Shown in pieces: positions 1 through 9,069 of a stretch of 64,000 nt of DNA (position 1 is the stretch's first letter; every line of letters starts with the position of its first letter). A program made the position numbers and the translations under genes. Origin of the DNA: Thermoanaerobaculia bacterium (GTDB lineage: Bacteria > Acidobacteriota > Thermoanaerobaculia > UBA5066); NCBI GenBank assembly GCA_038319835.1, contig JBBQDQ010000002.1:2010-66009 (forward strand), written 5' to 3'. The notes beneath the pieces are model-generated. The model was not told the origin of the DNA and ran no database searches. It saw only the letters and a list, made by a program, of their open reading frames with translations.

Positions 1-160
1 ACACGGTGACGAGGGTCGGCTGCGGCGCCGCGGGCATCGCGCCGGACGCGGGGGCGGCCGGAGCCGCCGCGGGAGTCGTGACGTTCAGCGCAGGTGTGGA
101 CGGCTGCTTCGAGCAGCCGGCTAGGACGGCGAGAGCGACGAGAGTGGCCGGAACACGCAT
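1..160 (-). CDS. lipoprotein, 5' portion only (gene runs off the left edge)
   Basis: Read by hand on the minus strand: AAGGAG, 9-nt spacer, ATG at 160-158. Translation MRVPATLVALAVLAGCSKQPSTPALNV... is a signal peptide ending in an L-A-G-C lipobox. Too short to appear in the ORF track. Confidence 0.5.
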   Translation of the reverse strand, partial: MRVPATLVALAVLAGCSKQPSTPALNVTTPAAAPAAPASGAMPAAPQPTLVTV

Positions 161-186
161 GGGCGAGAACTCCTTTGAGGTCGGAT

Positions 187-549
187 TCAGGAGGCCTTGT
201 CCGGCATGAACCAGGACAGGACCGTCGAGACGATGGAGACGATGAGGGCCCCGAGGAACGCGGACGGCCAGAAGCCGGCGACCGTGAAGTCGATCCCAAG
301 CTGCTTTCCGAGCCACGCCGTGAGCATGAGCATCAGGGCGTTGAGGACGAGAGTGAAGAGTCCGAGCGTCAGGAAGATGATCGGGCAGCTCAGCAGCTTC
401 AGGATCGGGCGCACGAGGGCGTTCACGAGCCCGAAGACGACCGCGACCGCGAGAATCGACCCCGCGCCGCCCGCGTGGATGCCGTCCACGACCGACGCCG
501 CGATCCAGAGGGCCGCCGCGTTGATGAGGATGCGAAGAAGCAGTCTCAT
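187..549 (-). CDS. small polytopic membrane protein, DUF360 / phage-holin-4-like family
   Basis: 120-aa ORF, hydrophobic throughout (about 4 TM segments). The stretch GLVNALVRPILKLLSCPIIFLTLGLFTLVLNALML is typical of this family. Confidence 0.75.
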   Translation of the reverse strand: MRLLLRILINAAALWIAASVVDGIHAGGAGSILAVAVVFGLVNALVRPILKLLSCPIIFLTLGLFTLVLNALMLMLTAWLGKQLGIDFTVAGFWPSAFLGALIVSIVSTVLSWFMPDKAS

Positions 550-596
550 GTGAGCTCCTCGGCCGGGATTCTAAGGCCGGGGCCGCGGACCGTAGA

Positions 597-1055
597 ATGA
601 AGCGGATGTCGGATCGCAAGTACCGCTCGAAGGGGTATCAGGACAACGCGAGGACAGGCGGCTCGGGCGCCGGAAGCGGGGGCGGCGGCGGCTTCACGTT
701 CGACCGTCCGGCCCGCCTCGAGGGTGCGCCCCGCGGCCGCGGGGCCGACCGGGACCGCGCCGAAGTCTTCCGCTGCAAGGCGTGCGGCGAGAAGAACGAC
801 GTCGAGGTCGCCATGGAGTCGGCGTGCCGGAAGTGCGGGACCGCGCTCCACGCCTGCAGCCAGTGCCGCCACTTCGACGGGGCTGCGCGCTGGCAGTGCC
901 GGCAGCCGATTCCCTCGCCTCTCGCCGCAAAGTCGAGGGCGAACGACTGCTCGTTCTACGCGCCGGTCGTAAGCCTCGACCTCACGGGAGCGAAGGCCGC
1001 CGAGACGCCGGACCAGGCGCGCTCGGCCTTCGACAACCTCTTCGGCAAGCGCTGA
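597..1055 (+). CDS. hypothetical zinc-ribbon protein
   Basis: 152-aa ORF with a Gly/Arg-rich N-terminus followed by three CxxC pairs (CKAC, CRKC, CSQC). Convergent with the redox operon. Confidence 0.55.
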   Translation: MKRMSDRKYRSKGYQDNARTGGSGAGSGGGGGFTFDRPARLEGAPRGRGADRDRAEVFRCKACGEKNDVEVAMESACRKCGTALHACSQCRHFDGAARWQCRQPIPSPLAAKSRANDCSFYAPVVSLDLTGAKAAETPDQARSAFDNLFGKR

Positions 1056-1062
1056 ACCCGGG

Positions 1063-1761
1063 TCAGCCCTTCAGGAACTCCGACACGAGGCGCTGCCACT
1101 TCTCCTGGGAGAGGAGCGCGGGCGCCTCGACGACGAGCTCGCCACCGTCGGCCGCGAGAAGGCCGAGCTCGGTCTCGAGCGCATGCGAGAAGCGCGCCGT
1201 CTCGTCCTGGAACCAGCTGCGGGCGGCGTCGCCCGTCGGCAGCGTCAGGAACGCGGCCGTGGCGGGCTTCATCGCGAAGAGCCAGCCGTCCCGGTAGCGC
1301 GATTCCTCGAGGAGCGAGGGGTCGCGTACGACGGCGGGGTTGATCGCGACGACGGTGCCCGAGACGGGCGCGGAGATCGCGGCCGAGCGGGTTCCGCAGG
1401 TCACCGTAGCGGCCGGCAGGCCGGCGGCGAGGATCGTCCCGGGCTTCGGGAGCGAGACGCCCGTCGGCGCGTGGAGGAGCCGGCCCGCGATCTCGTCGAG
1501 CCCGACGCGGACGGTGCCGCGCGCCCGGCGCGCGACCCACGTGTGTCCCGGCCCGTAGTGGTGAGCCTCGGCCAGCTCGAGCCCGCCGACGTCGACGAGG
1601 CCGATCTGCCGGTCCCGGAGCTTCTGCCACGCGCGCCAGATCGCGAACGCGGCGAGAACCGGCAGGGCGCAGATCGCAAGGACGAGCGTGAACGCGAGCG
1701 CGCGCACGAGGAGGCCGGCGAGGAAGATCGCGGAGAGCTGGAGGAACTCGAGAGGCGTCAT
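1063..1761 (-). CDS. membrane-anchored GcvH-fold (glycine-cleavage H-like) protein, no lipoyl lysine
   Basis: 232-aa ORF. N-terminal hydrophobic region (aa 5-43), then GcvH-type motifs HTWV..VGLDEIA, ISAPVSGTVVAIN, DPSLLEESRYRDGWLF. The canonical lipoyl-Lys position (8 residues before the P of APVSG) is Thr124. Confidence 0.75.
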   Translation of the reverse strand: MTPLEFLQLSAIFLAGLLVRALAFTLVLAICALPVLAAFAIWRAWQKLRDRQIGLVDVGGLELAEAHHYGPGHTWVARRARGTVRVGLDEIAGRLLHAPTGVSLPKPGTILAAGLPAATVTCGTRSAAISAPVSGTVVAINPAVVRDPSLLEESRYRDGWLFAMKPATAAFLTLPTGDAARSWFQDETARFSHALETELGLLAADGGELVVEAPALLSQEKWQRLVSEFLKG

Positions 1762-1769
1762 GGGTCACC

Positions 1770-2120
1770 TCACTTGGCCTGGTGGCACGTTCCGCAGTCG
1801 TCGAGGCCGTGGGCGCTCTTGCCGTCATGACAGGAGCCGCAGCTCTTGCCGTTTTCCATGTCGGCGTGGCGGATGGCGGCGGGGGCGGCCGAAGAGGCGG
1901 TGCGTTTGACGATGGGGAAGAGCTTCGTGTGACAAACCGTGCAGTCGGGGCGCGAGGCGTCGACGTGCGAGTCGTGGCGGAAGGTCACGACGCCCGGGCT
2001 GCCGTCGCCCTGCGGGAGCGCCTTGTCCTTCGGGAGGTTCGGGAGGGCGCCCGCGAAGAGGGTCGAAGAAAGGGCGATGAGGAGGGTGGCCGCGAGGAAG
2101 CGGAGGCGGGGCTTCATCAC
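1770..2120 (-). CDS. secreted triheme cytochrome c, c7/c3 (PpcA-like) family
   Basis: 116 aa with a signal peptide. Three CXXCH motifs (CTVCH, CGSCH, CGTCH) and flanking His residues are spaced as in cytochrome c7. Confidence 0.85.
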   Translation of the reverse strand: MMKPRLRFLAATLLIALSSTLFAGALPNLPKDKALPQGDGSPGVVTFRHDSHVDASRPDCTVCHTKLFPIVKRTASSAAPAAIRHADMENGKSCGSCHDGKSAHGLDDCGTCHQAK

Positions 2121-2127
2121 GTCCTCC

Positions 2128-2793
2128 TCACTCGCCCCGGAGAGACGTGCGGACGAGCGTGTCCCAGTTTTCGGGGTCGATCTCGCGGGCGATCCCGTGA
2201 ACGGGCGTGCCGCCGTCCTGGAGGACGACGCCGAGCTCGGGGCTCATGCGGCCCGCGAGGACCTCGGCGGCCGCGTCCAGGAAGCGGCGCGCGGAGTCGC
2301 CCGAGACGAGGTTCTTGAGGTTCGCGGTCAGCCAGCGGGGCTCGACCTTGAGGAGCCAGCCCGTGCCGTAGGGGTCGCGGACCGCGTCGCCCGGGTGGGC
2401 GCGGACGACCTCGTTCACGGCCACGACGTTGCCGTCGACGGGCGAGACGACGTCGAAGGGCTTGCCGTCCGCGACGACCGTGAAGGCCTTCTGGCCCTGG
2501 CGGAGCGACGTGCCGACCGCGGGAAGCTCGACGGCGTCGAGGGGGCCGATCATCTTGTGGGCGAAGTCGTCGAGTCCGACCGCGACCGCGCCGCCGAACG
2601 TCCTGGCCCAGGAGTGGCCGCGGTGCAGGTGGACGTTCTCCGGCACCTGGAACCAGCCGAGGGCGAAGGCCTGCGCGACCGTCGCGCCGTTCACGAAGCG
2701 CCAGAAGGGGATGAAGAGCAGGAGGTACGAGACCGCGAGCAGGTACTCGATGGCCTTCGTGGCGTGAGGGCTGAGGACTTCGGGTGCGTTCAT
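2128..2793 (-). CDS. membrane-anchored GcvH-fold protein, lysine displaced by one position
   Basis: Start moved to ATG 2793 (MNAPEVL...); the longer ORF-track N-terminus is Arg/Pro-rich shadow over the NrfD-like gene. One TM helix, then HSWAR..VGLDDFA, SPVDGNVVAVN, DPYGTGWLLKV. Lys111 sits one residue off the canonical lipoyl position, which is Gly110. Confidence 0.75.
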   Translation of the reverse strand: MNAPEVLSPHATKAIEYLLAVSYLLLFIPFWRFVNGATVAQAFALGWFQVPENVHLHRGHSWARTFGGAVAVGLDDFAHKMIGPLDAVELPAVGTSLRQGQKAFTVVADGKPFDVVSPVDGNVVAVNEVVRAHPGDAVRDPYGTGWLLKVEPRWLTANLKNLVSGDSARRFLDAAAEVLAGRMSPELGVVLQDGGTPVHGIAREIDPENWDTLVRTSLRGE

Positions 2794-2813
2794 GTCTTTC
2801 CTCTTCTCCTCGT

Positions 2814-4043
2814 TCAGTGGGCGCCGCGCCATTCCGGATGCTCGTGGAGTACCGGCATGCGGTTGACGATCCAGCGGAACACGAGGACGCCGAGCGTGAC
2901 GATCGTGACCGAGATGACGATCTCGCCCAGCGCGGGGATGTATCGGTCGGTGACCTTCCAGTTGAAGGCGATGAGGGAGACGTTGAAGCGGTTGAGAACG
3001 ACGCCGAGAACCGTCATGACGCCGGCCGCGCGAGCGAGCTTCGCGCTCTGCGTCCTCACCGCGAAGGCGAAGAGGAGGGACGGCAGGAGGACGAACCCGA
3101 GCATCTCGAGCCCGTACCACGCGCCCCAGCCCGTCGCGAGGAGGTCCCAGCGGCCGGAGGCCACGAGACCCTGGAGGCGGATGAAGAAGTACGCAAACAG
3201 GACGACCGCGCCGCCCTTGGCGAGACCGATCTGGAGCGCGTCCATGTCGACGTGCGCCTCCGGGTCGAGCTGGTCGCGGAAGGCCCGGTGCGAGATCGTG
3301 CTCTCGAAGATGACCATCCCGATCCCGGCCGCGATCGAGGAGCTGAAGAAGAAGACCGGGAGGAACGGCGAGTACCACAGCGGGTGGAGCTTGCCGGGCG
3401 ACATCAGGAAGAAGGCGCCGAGCGAGGACTGGTGGAGGGTCGAGAGTGTGACGCCGAGGACGATGATCCCGATCGTCAGGTTGCCCATCCAGCGGCGGAC
3501 CTTCGAGAAGCCGAGCCACTCGAGCGCCGCCGGAAGGAACTCGAGCGCGAGGACCATCAGGTACAGGAAGACGCACCAGCCGACCTCGTACATGACGGCG
3601 GTCGTGCCGGGCGTCAGGAAGAACTGGTAGGGGAGCCGCCAGGGCTGGCCGAGGTCGACCATGAGGCCGACGACGACGAACGCGTAGCCGAGGAAGCCGG
3701 TGAGGATCGCGGGCCTGAGCACCGGACGGAACTGCTTCTGCCCGAAGAGGTAGACGGCGGCCGCGACCGTGTAGCCGCCGGCCGCGAGCGCGACGCCGCA
3801 CACGATGTCGAACGCGACCCAGATTCCCCATGGGTTCGTCTGCGAGAGGTTGGAGACCGCGCCCATGCCCTTCCAGAACCGGTACGCCATGGTCGGGAGG
3901 CCGATCGCGAGAATCAGGGCGAAGATCGCGTTCGTCTTCGTGTAGAGGCTCTTCGCGTACGTCTTCGGCTCCATGCCGAGGAAGACCTTCTCGCGGACGA
4001 GAACCGAGAACGCCGACGGGCGGTTCATGACCTGCTCACTCAT
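2814..4043 (-). CDS. NrfD/HybB-type integral membrane quinone-interacting subunit
   Basis: Start at ATG 4043 (MSEQVMNRP), 8-nt overlap with the upstream gene. About 10 TM segments. NPWGIWVAFDIVCGVALAAGGY and the overall layout resemble HybB/DsrP/HmcC. Confidence 0.85.
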   Translation of the reverse strand: MSEQVMNRPSAFSVLVREKVFLGMEPKTYAKSLYTKTNAIFALILAIGLPTMAYRFWKGMGAVSNLSQTNPWGIWVAFDIVCGVALAAGGYTVAAAVYLFGQKQFRPVLRPAILTGFLGYAFVVVGLMVDLGQPWRLPYQFFLTPGTTAVMYEVGWCVFLYLMVLALEFLPAALEWLGFSKVRRWMGNLTIGIIVLGVTLSTLHQSSLGAFFLMSPGKLHPLWYSPFLPVFFFSSSIAAGIGMVIFESTISHRAFRDQLDPEAHVDMDALQIGLAKGGAVVLFAYFFIRLQGLVASGRWDLLATGWGAWYGLEMLGFVLLPSLLFAFAVRTQSAKLARAAGVMTVLGVVLNRFNVSLIAFNWKVTDRYIPALGEIVISVTIVTLGVLVFRWIVNRMPVLHEHPEWRGAH

Positions 4044-4950
4044 GGCCGTTCTCCTTGTGCGCGGAGCCGTCGGCGGGGGCGCCATCGCGGCTCTTGCTGA
4101 ACGTGTAGAGGCCCATGAGGAGCGGGGGCCACAGGGTCACGATGAACGGGACGACCGAGAGCGCGCCGTCCGCCATCTCGGGGTACGACTTCTTCTCGAT
4201 GTCGTCCGGGAGTGCGAGGCTCGTGAACGGAACGTCCGAGATGTAGAGCCAGCTCGTGCCGCCGGCTTCGGACTCGCCGTAGATCTCGTGGACGTATTTC
4301 GTCGGGTTCTGGTAGATGCGGGTCTTCGCTTCTTCGAGGAGGTCGGTCCGCTTCCCGAACGTGAGCGCACCCGAAGGGCAGGCGTCCGTGCACGCGGGCG
4401 GGAGGCCCTTGGCCTGGCGCGCCGCGCAGAAGGTGCACTTCCTGACGAGCGGCGCGGCCTTCGTGTACTCGTACTTCGGTACGCCGAAGGGGCACGCGAT
4501 CATGCAGTAGCGGCAGCCGAGGCAGCGGTCCTCGTGGTAGACGACCGGGCCGGCGGCGGTCTTCTCGAGCGCCTTCACGACGCACCCGGAGGCGCAGGCG
4601 GGCGTGACGCAGTGCATGCACTGCGTCTTCGCGTATCGATCTTCGCCCGAGGGGCTCTTGGTCGTCGACTTGTTCACGACCGTCAGGTGCGTGGGGCCCG
4701 TGCGGCGGCGCGCCGCGAACACGGCGTCGTCGCCCGGCTGTTCGGGAGCGGCGAGGGCGTTCGCCTCGGAGCACGCGGCCTCGCAGGCGCGGCAGCCGAC
4801 GCACTTGGTGGTGTCGACAAGGACGCCGACGGCGTCCCGGGCGGCGCCGCGCGTCGAGGCCGACGCGAGGGCGCGGCCCGCGAACGAAGCGCCCGCGGCC
4901 GCGCCCGCGGCACCGGCGATCTTGAGCAGGTTTCGGCGGTTCAGGTTCAT
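4036..4950 (-). CDS. Tat-exported 4x[4Fe-4S] ferredoxin-like subunit (HybA/DsrO/HmcB type) with C-terminal TM anchor
   Basis: Start at ATG 4950: MNLNRRNLLKIAGAAGAAA is a twin-arginine signal. Four Cys clusters (CVGCRACEAAC, CMHCVTPACASGC, CLGCRYCMIACP, CTFC...CTDACP). Hydrophobic helix near the C-terminus. Confidence 0.85.
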   Translation of the reverse strand: MNLNRRNLLKIAGAAGAAAGASFAGRALASASTRGAARDAVGVLVDTTKCVGCRACEAACSEANALAAPEQPGDDAVFAARRRTGPTHLTVVNKSTTKSPSGEDRYAKTQCMHCVTPACASGCVVKALEKTAAGPVVYHEDRCLGCRYCMIACPFGVPKYEYTKAAPLVRKCTFCAARQAKGLPPACTDACPSGALTFGKRTDLLEEAKTRIYQNPTKYVHEIYGESEAGGTSWLYISDVPFTSLALPDDIEKKSYPEMADGALSVVPFIVTLWPPLLMGLYTFSKSRDGAPADGSAHKENGHE

Positions 4951-5044
4951 CGCGTCTCTCTCCCTCACGCCGTGCGAACCCGGCTCTGATGGGCCATCGC
5001 AAGAAGCGTCAGGATGGCGAGAAGGGCGAGCGGAACGGTGGCGA

Positions 5045-5284
5045 TCATGACGGGACCTCCCTCCCGGAAACGGCCTCTCGGGTCGCCTCCGTGTCAACGG
5101 CGCCAGCCTGGATCCGAAGGGCCATCTCGCGGTACATCGCGCACTCCTCGAAGGAGCCGGCGAGGCAGGGACCCTGGGATACGAGCTGGTCGCGCGGGAC
5201 CATTTTTTTCGTCGGGCACGCGTCGCAATAGAGCATCACCACTTGCTTCAGCCAGGGGCAGGTGGTCTTGGTTTCGTTCAACAT
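5045..5284 (-). CDS. Cys-rich small protein (79 aa), function unknown
   Basis: ATG 5284 within the 127-aa ORF-track entry. Sequence MLNETKTTCPWLKQVVMLYCDACPTKK... has Cys at 9, 20, 23, 40 and 48. First gene after the sigma-54-type promoter. The start is uncertain; Met17 at 5236 is an alternative. Confidence 0.4.
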   Translation of the reverse strand: MLNETKTTCPWLKQVVMLYCDACPTKKMVPRDQLVSQGPCLAGSFEECAMYREMALRIQAGAVDTEATREAVSGREVPS

Positions 5285-5298
5285 GGCGATCCCGGTAG

Positions 5299-5314
5299 TG
5301 CACGGATCGAGCCA
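5299..5314 (-). promoter_or_regulatory. candidate sigma-54 (-24/-12) promoter
   Basis: Minus strand reads TGGCTCGATCCGTGCA, with GG and GC 10 nt apart as in the consensus TGGCACG-N4-TTGCW. It lies immediately downstream of a sigma-54 activator gene and upstream of the redox operon. Confidence 0.4.
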
Positions 5315-5421
5315 CGTTCCCGACAGCCTGCCCCGCCGCCCGCAACCAGCTTCCGTGCAGCGCGTTGCGCCCGATCCGGCCCCGGAACGCGAAAAACGCG
5401 CGGAGGGCCCGCGCGTTCGCT

Positions 5422-5444
5422 TTCTCAACGGAGAGTTGCGGTTC

Positions 5445-5451
<7 letters not shown>
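5422..5451. promoter_or_regulatory. tandem direct repeat TTCTCAACGG x2, candidate activator binding site (UAS)
   Basis: Identical 10-mers at 5422-5431 and 5442-5451 (20-bp period). The first overlaps the small palindrome CAACGGAGAGTTG. Located about 110-140 bp upstream of the -24 element. The second copy contains the regulator gene's stop codon. Confidence 0.25.
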
Positions 5452-6836
<1,385 letters not shown>

Positions 6837-7376
6837 GGGGATCTCCGTTCTCCGAAAGTTCGCGGGTGCGGGCGCGGCAGGCGCGGCACAGGGCGGGTGT
6901 CTTTGCATCGACGTGTCTCAGGCTCGGCGAGCGCGCCATCGCGCAGCGCGCGTCCGCGCAGTGCAGAAGGCCGTACGTGTGCCCGAGCTCGTGGACGGCT
7001 TCCTTCTGGAGGCGCAGCGCGATGCGCGCACCCTCGCCCGGAATGAGAGGGGTGTCGCCGAGGCGGGCCGTCGAGACGACGGCCGCACGGCCCGAGAGCT
7101 GGGCTTCGCCGAACACGAAGGTCAGGATCGGAATGAAGAGGTCGACGTCCGTCACGCCGAGGACGCGGTCCGCTCCCTCGTGCCGCTCCCGCAGCCACGC
7201 GAGAATTCGCGACGAGGAGTGCTGGCCCCGCCGCGCGTCGAAGGCGTCCTCGGGACTGTCCGGGGACCGGCTCAGGCGAACGGGGCGCTCGTACTCGCGC
7301 GCGACGCTCCGGTGCACGCCTTCGAGGAGCCCGGGGCCGGGGTCTTTCTGGCCGATCCAAAGGAGGAGGACCTCGC

Positions 7377-9014
7377 TCACAGGGCGGCGCCGGCGGGCGC
7401 CGCCGTCTCTCCGGCAAGCGGAAGCCGGACCGTCATCGTGGTCCCTTCGCCGACGCGGCTCTGCGCCTTCATGGAGCCGCCGTGCTTCTCGACGACGCCG
7501 TACACGACGGACAGGCCCAGCCCCGTCCCCATCTGCTTGGTCGTGAAGAAAGGATCGAAGATGCGCGACAGGTTCTCGGGTGCGATTCCCGTGCCCGTGT
7601 CCGCGAGCGCGATCTCGAGCGTACGGCCGTCGTCGACGATCTTCGACGTCACGGTCAGGCTCCCGCCGTCGGGCATCGCGTCGCACGCATTCAGGACGAG
7701 GTTCACGAAGACCTGCCGAAGCTGGCCGAAGTCGCCCTTCACGATCGCCGAGCCCTCGTCACGCTTCGTCACGACGACCTGCTGAAGCTGGAGCTTGTGC
7801 TGCGTGAGGGAGACGGCCTCGTCGAGCGCGGCCACGGCGTCGACGCGGTGGAGATCGATCGGCCGGGCCCGGGCGAAGTCGAGGAGGCTCCGCACGATGC
7901 GCGTGCAGCGCTCCGTCTCGCGCTGGATGAGCCCGAGGTTCCTCAGGCACGTCGCGCGCGCCGCGTCGTCGATCTCGCCCGCCTCGAGCGTGCGCGACAT
8001 GAGGCGCGCGAACGTCAGGATCCCGGCGAGGGGGTTGTTGATCTCGTGGGCGATCGAGGCCGAGAGCGTCCCGAGCGACGCGAGCTTCTCGGACTGGACG
8101 AGCGCCTCCTGCGCCTGCTTGAGCGCGTTCGTACGGTCCTCCACCTGGCGCTCGAGGCCGTCCGCCGCCTCCTCGAGCCGCGCGCGCGCGTACCGCAGGT
8201 ACGCGTTCATCTCGTTGAACGAACCCCCGAGCATTCCGAGCTCGTCACGCGAGCGGACGCTCAGGGGCGCGGGCGTGCCGCCGAGCGCGAGGTCCTTCGT
8301 CGCCGCGAGCATCTCGGACACGGGCCTCACGACCAGGAGCCGCACGATCGCCGAGACGAGGGCCGTCAGGAGGACGAGCGCGAGGACCGAGAGACCGACG
8401 ATCCGCCACGTCGCGGCCGCGCGGCGGTCGTCCACCTCGCGCAGCGACAGCGCGACGTCGAGGAGGCCGAGGACGCGCTGATCCTTCGGGGACGCGTGGC
8501 AGCCTGCCGCGGCACACGTGGCCTCGTTGTAGATCGGCGTCACGAACGAGAGAACGCGGTGGTCGCCGACGGACGTGATCCGGCTCCGCGTCGCGGGATC
8601 AGGGTTCGTGACCGGAGCGCCGGAGCCGCCGTGGCAGGGCGCGCAGGCGCCCGCGCGCTTGTCCGCCAGGCGCCCGATCTCGGCGCGGTCGGTCGAATAC
8701 ACCGTCGCGCCCAGCTTGTTGAAGATCCGGACGCTCTCGATCGAGCTGTCCTTGCGCAGGCTCTCGTGCCCGACGATCTCGACGATCCGATACGCGTCCT
8801 CGCGCTGGTCCTTCAGCATGAAGTCGTGCGTCGCGCTCCGGACCGTCTCGGAGAGGATCGCGGCGCTTCCCTGCGCCCGCGCGACGAGCTCTTCGTGCTG
8901 GGCGCGGATCGTGAGGGCCGCGACGATTGCCACCGGCACAAGGATCGCCCCGGCCGCCGCGGCGGTGATCTTGAAGCCGAGGCGCCGGTGGAACGGAATC
9001 CGGGACAGAGTCAT
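7377..9014 (-). CDS. sensor histidine kinase with periplasmic heme-c-motif domain
   Basis: 545 aa. TM1 aa 14-36; periplasmic ~165 aa containing CAPCH (aa 124-128) and CAAAGCH (aa 167-173); TM2 aa 203-228; HAMP; H-box SIAHEINNPL; N/G1/F/G2 boxes (NLVLNACDAM, DTGTGI, FDPFFTTK, GTGLGLS). Confidence 0.9.
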   Translation of the reverse strand: MTLSRIPFHRRLGFKITAAAAGAILVPVAIVAALTIRAQHEELVARAQGSAAILSETVRSATHDFMLKDQREDAYRIVEIVGHESLRKDSSIESVRIFNKLGATVYSTDRAEIGRLADKRAGACAPCHGGSGAPVTNPDPATRSRITSVGDHRVLSFVTPIYNEATCAAAGCHASPKDQRVLGLLDVALSLREVDDRRAAATWRIVGLSVLALVLLTALVSAIVRLLVVRPVSEMLAATKDLALGGTPAPLSVRSRDELGMLGGSFNEMNAYLRYARARLEEAADGLERQVEDRTNALKQAQEALVQSEKLASLGTLSASIAHEINNPLAGILTFARLMSRTLEAGEIDDAARATCLRNLGLIQRETERCTRIVRSLLDFARARPIDLHRVDAVAALDEAVSLTQHKLQLQQVVVTKRDEGSAIVKGDFGQLRQVFVNLVLNACDAMPDGGSLTVTSKIVDDGRTLEIALADTGTGIAPENLSRIFDPFFTTKQMGTGLGLSVVYGVVEKHGGSMKAQSRVGEGTTMTVRLPLAGETAAPAGAAL

Positions 9015-9069
9015 CCAAGGTCAATGTCGGGGGTCGGGCGGCGGCCCGTCCATCCCCCATTTGAACCAT

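Noticed and set aside
187-549. Phage-holin-4-like membrane protein as a prophage lysis remnant
   Set aside because: It has no endolysin, spanin or other phage genes as neighbours. This family (DUF360) is widespread as a chromosomal membrane protein.
4951-5044. Looked for a second sigma-54 promoter directly upstream of the HybA-like gene
   Set aside because: TGGCCCATCAGAGCC has the GG but no GC doublet at the correct 10-nt offset. Only a Shine-Dalgarno-like GAGGGAGAGAG is evident.
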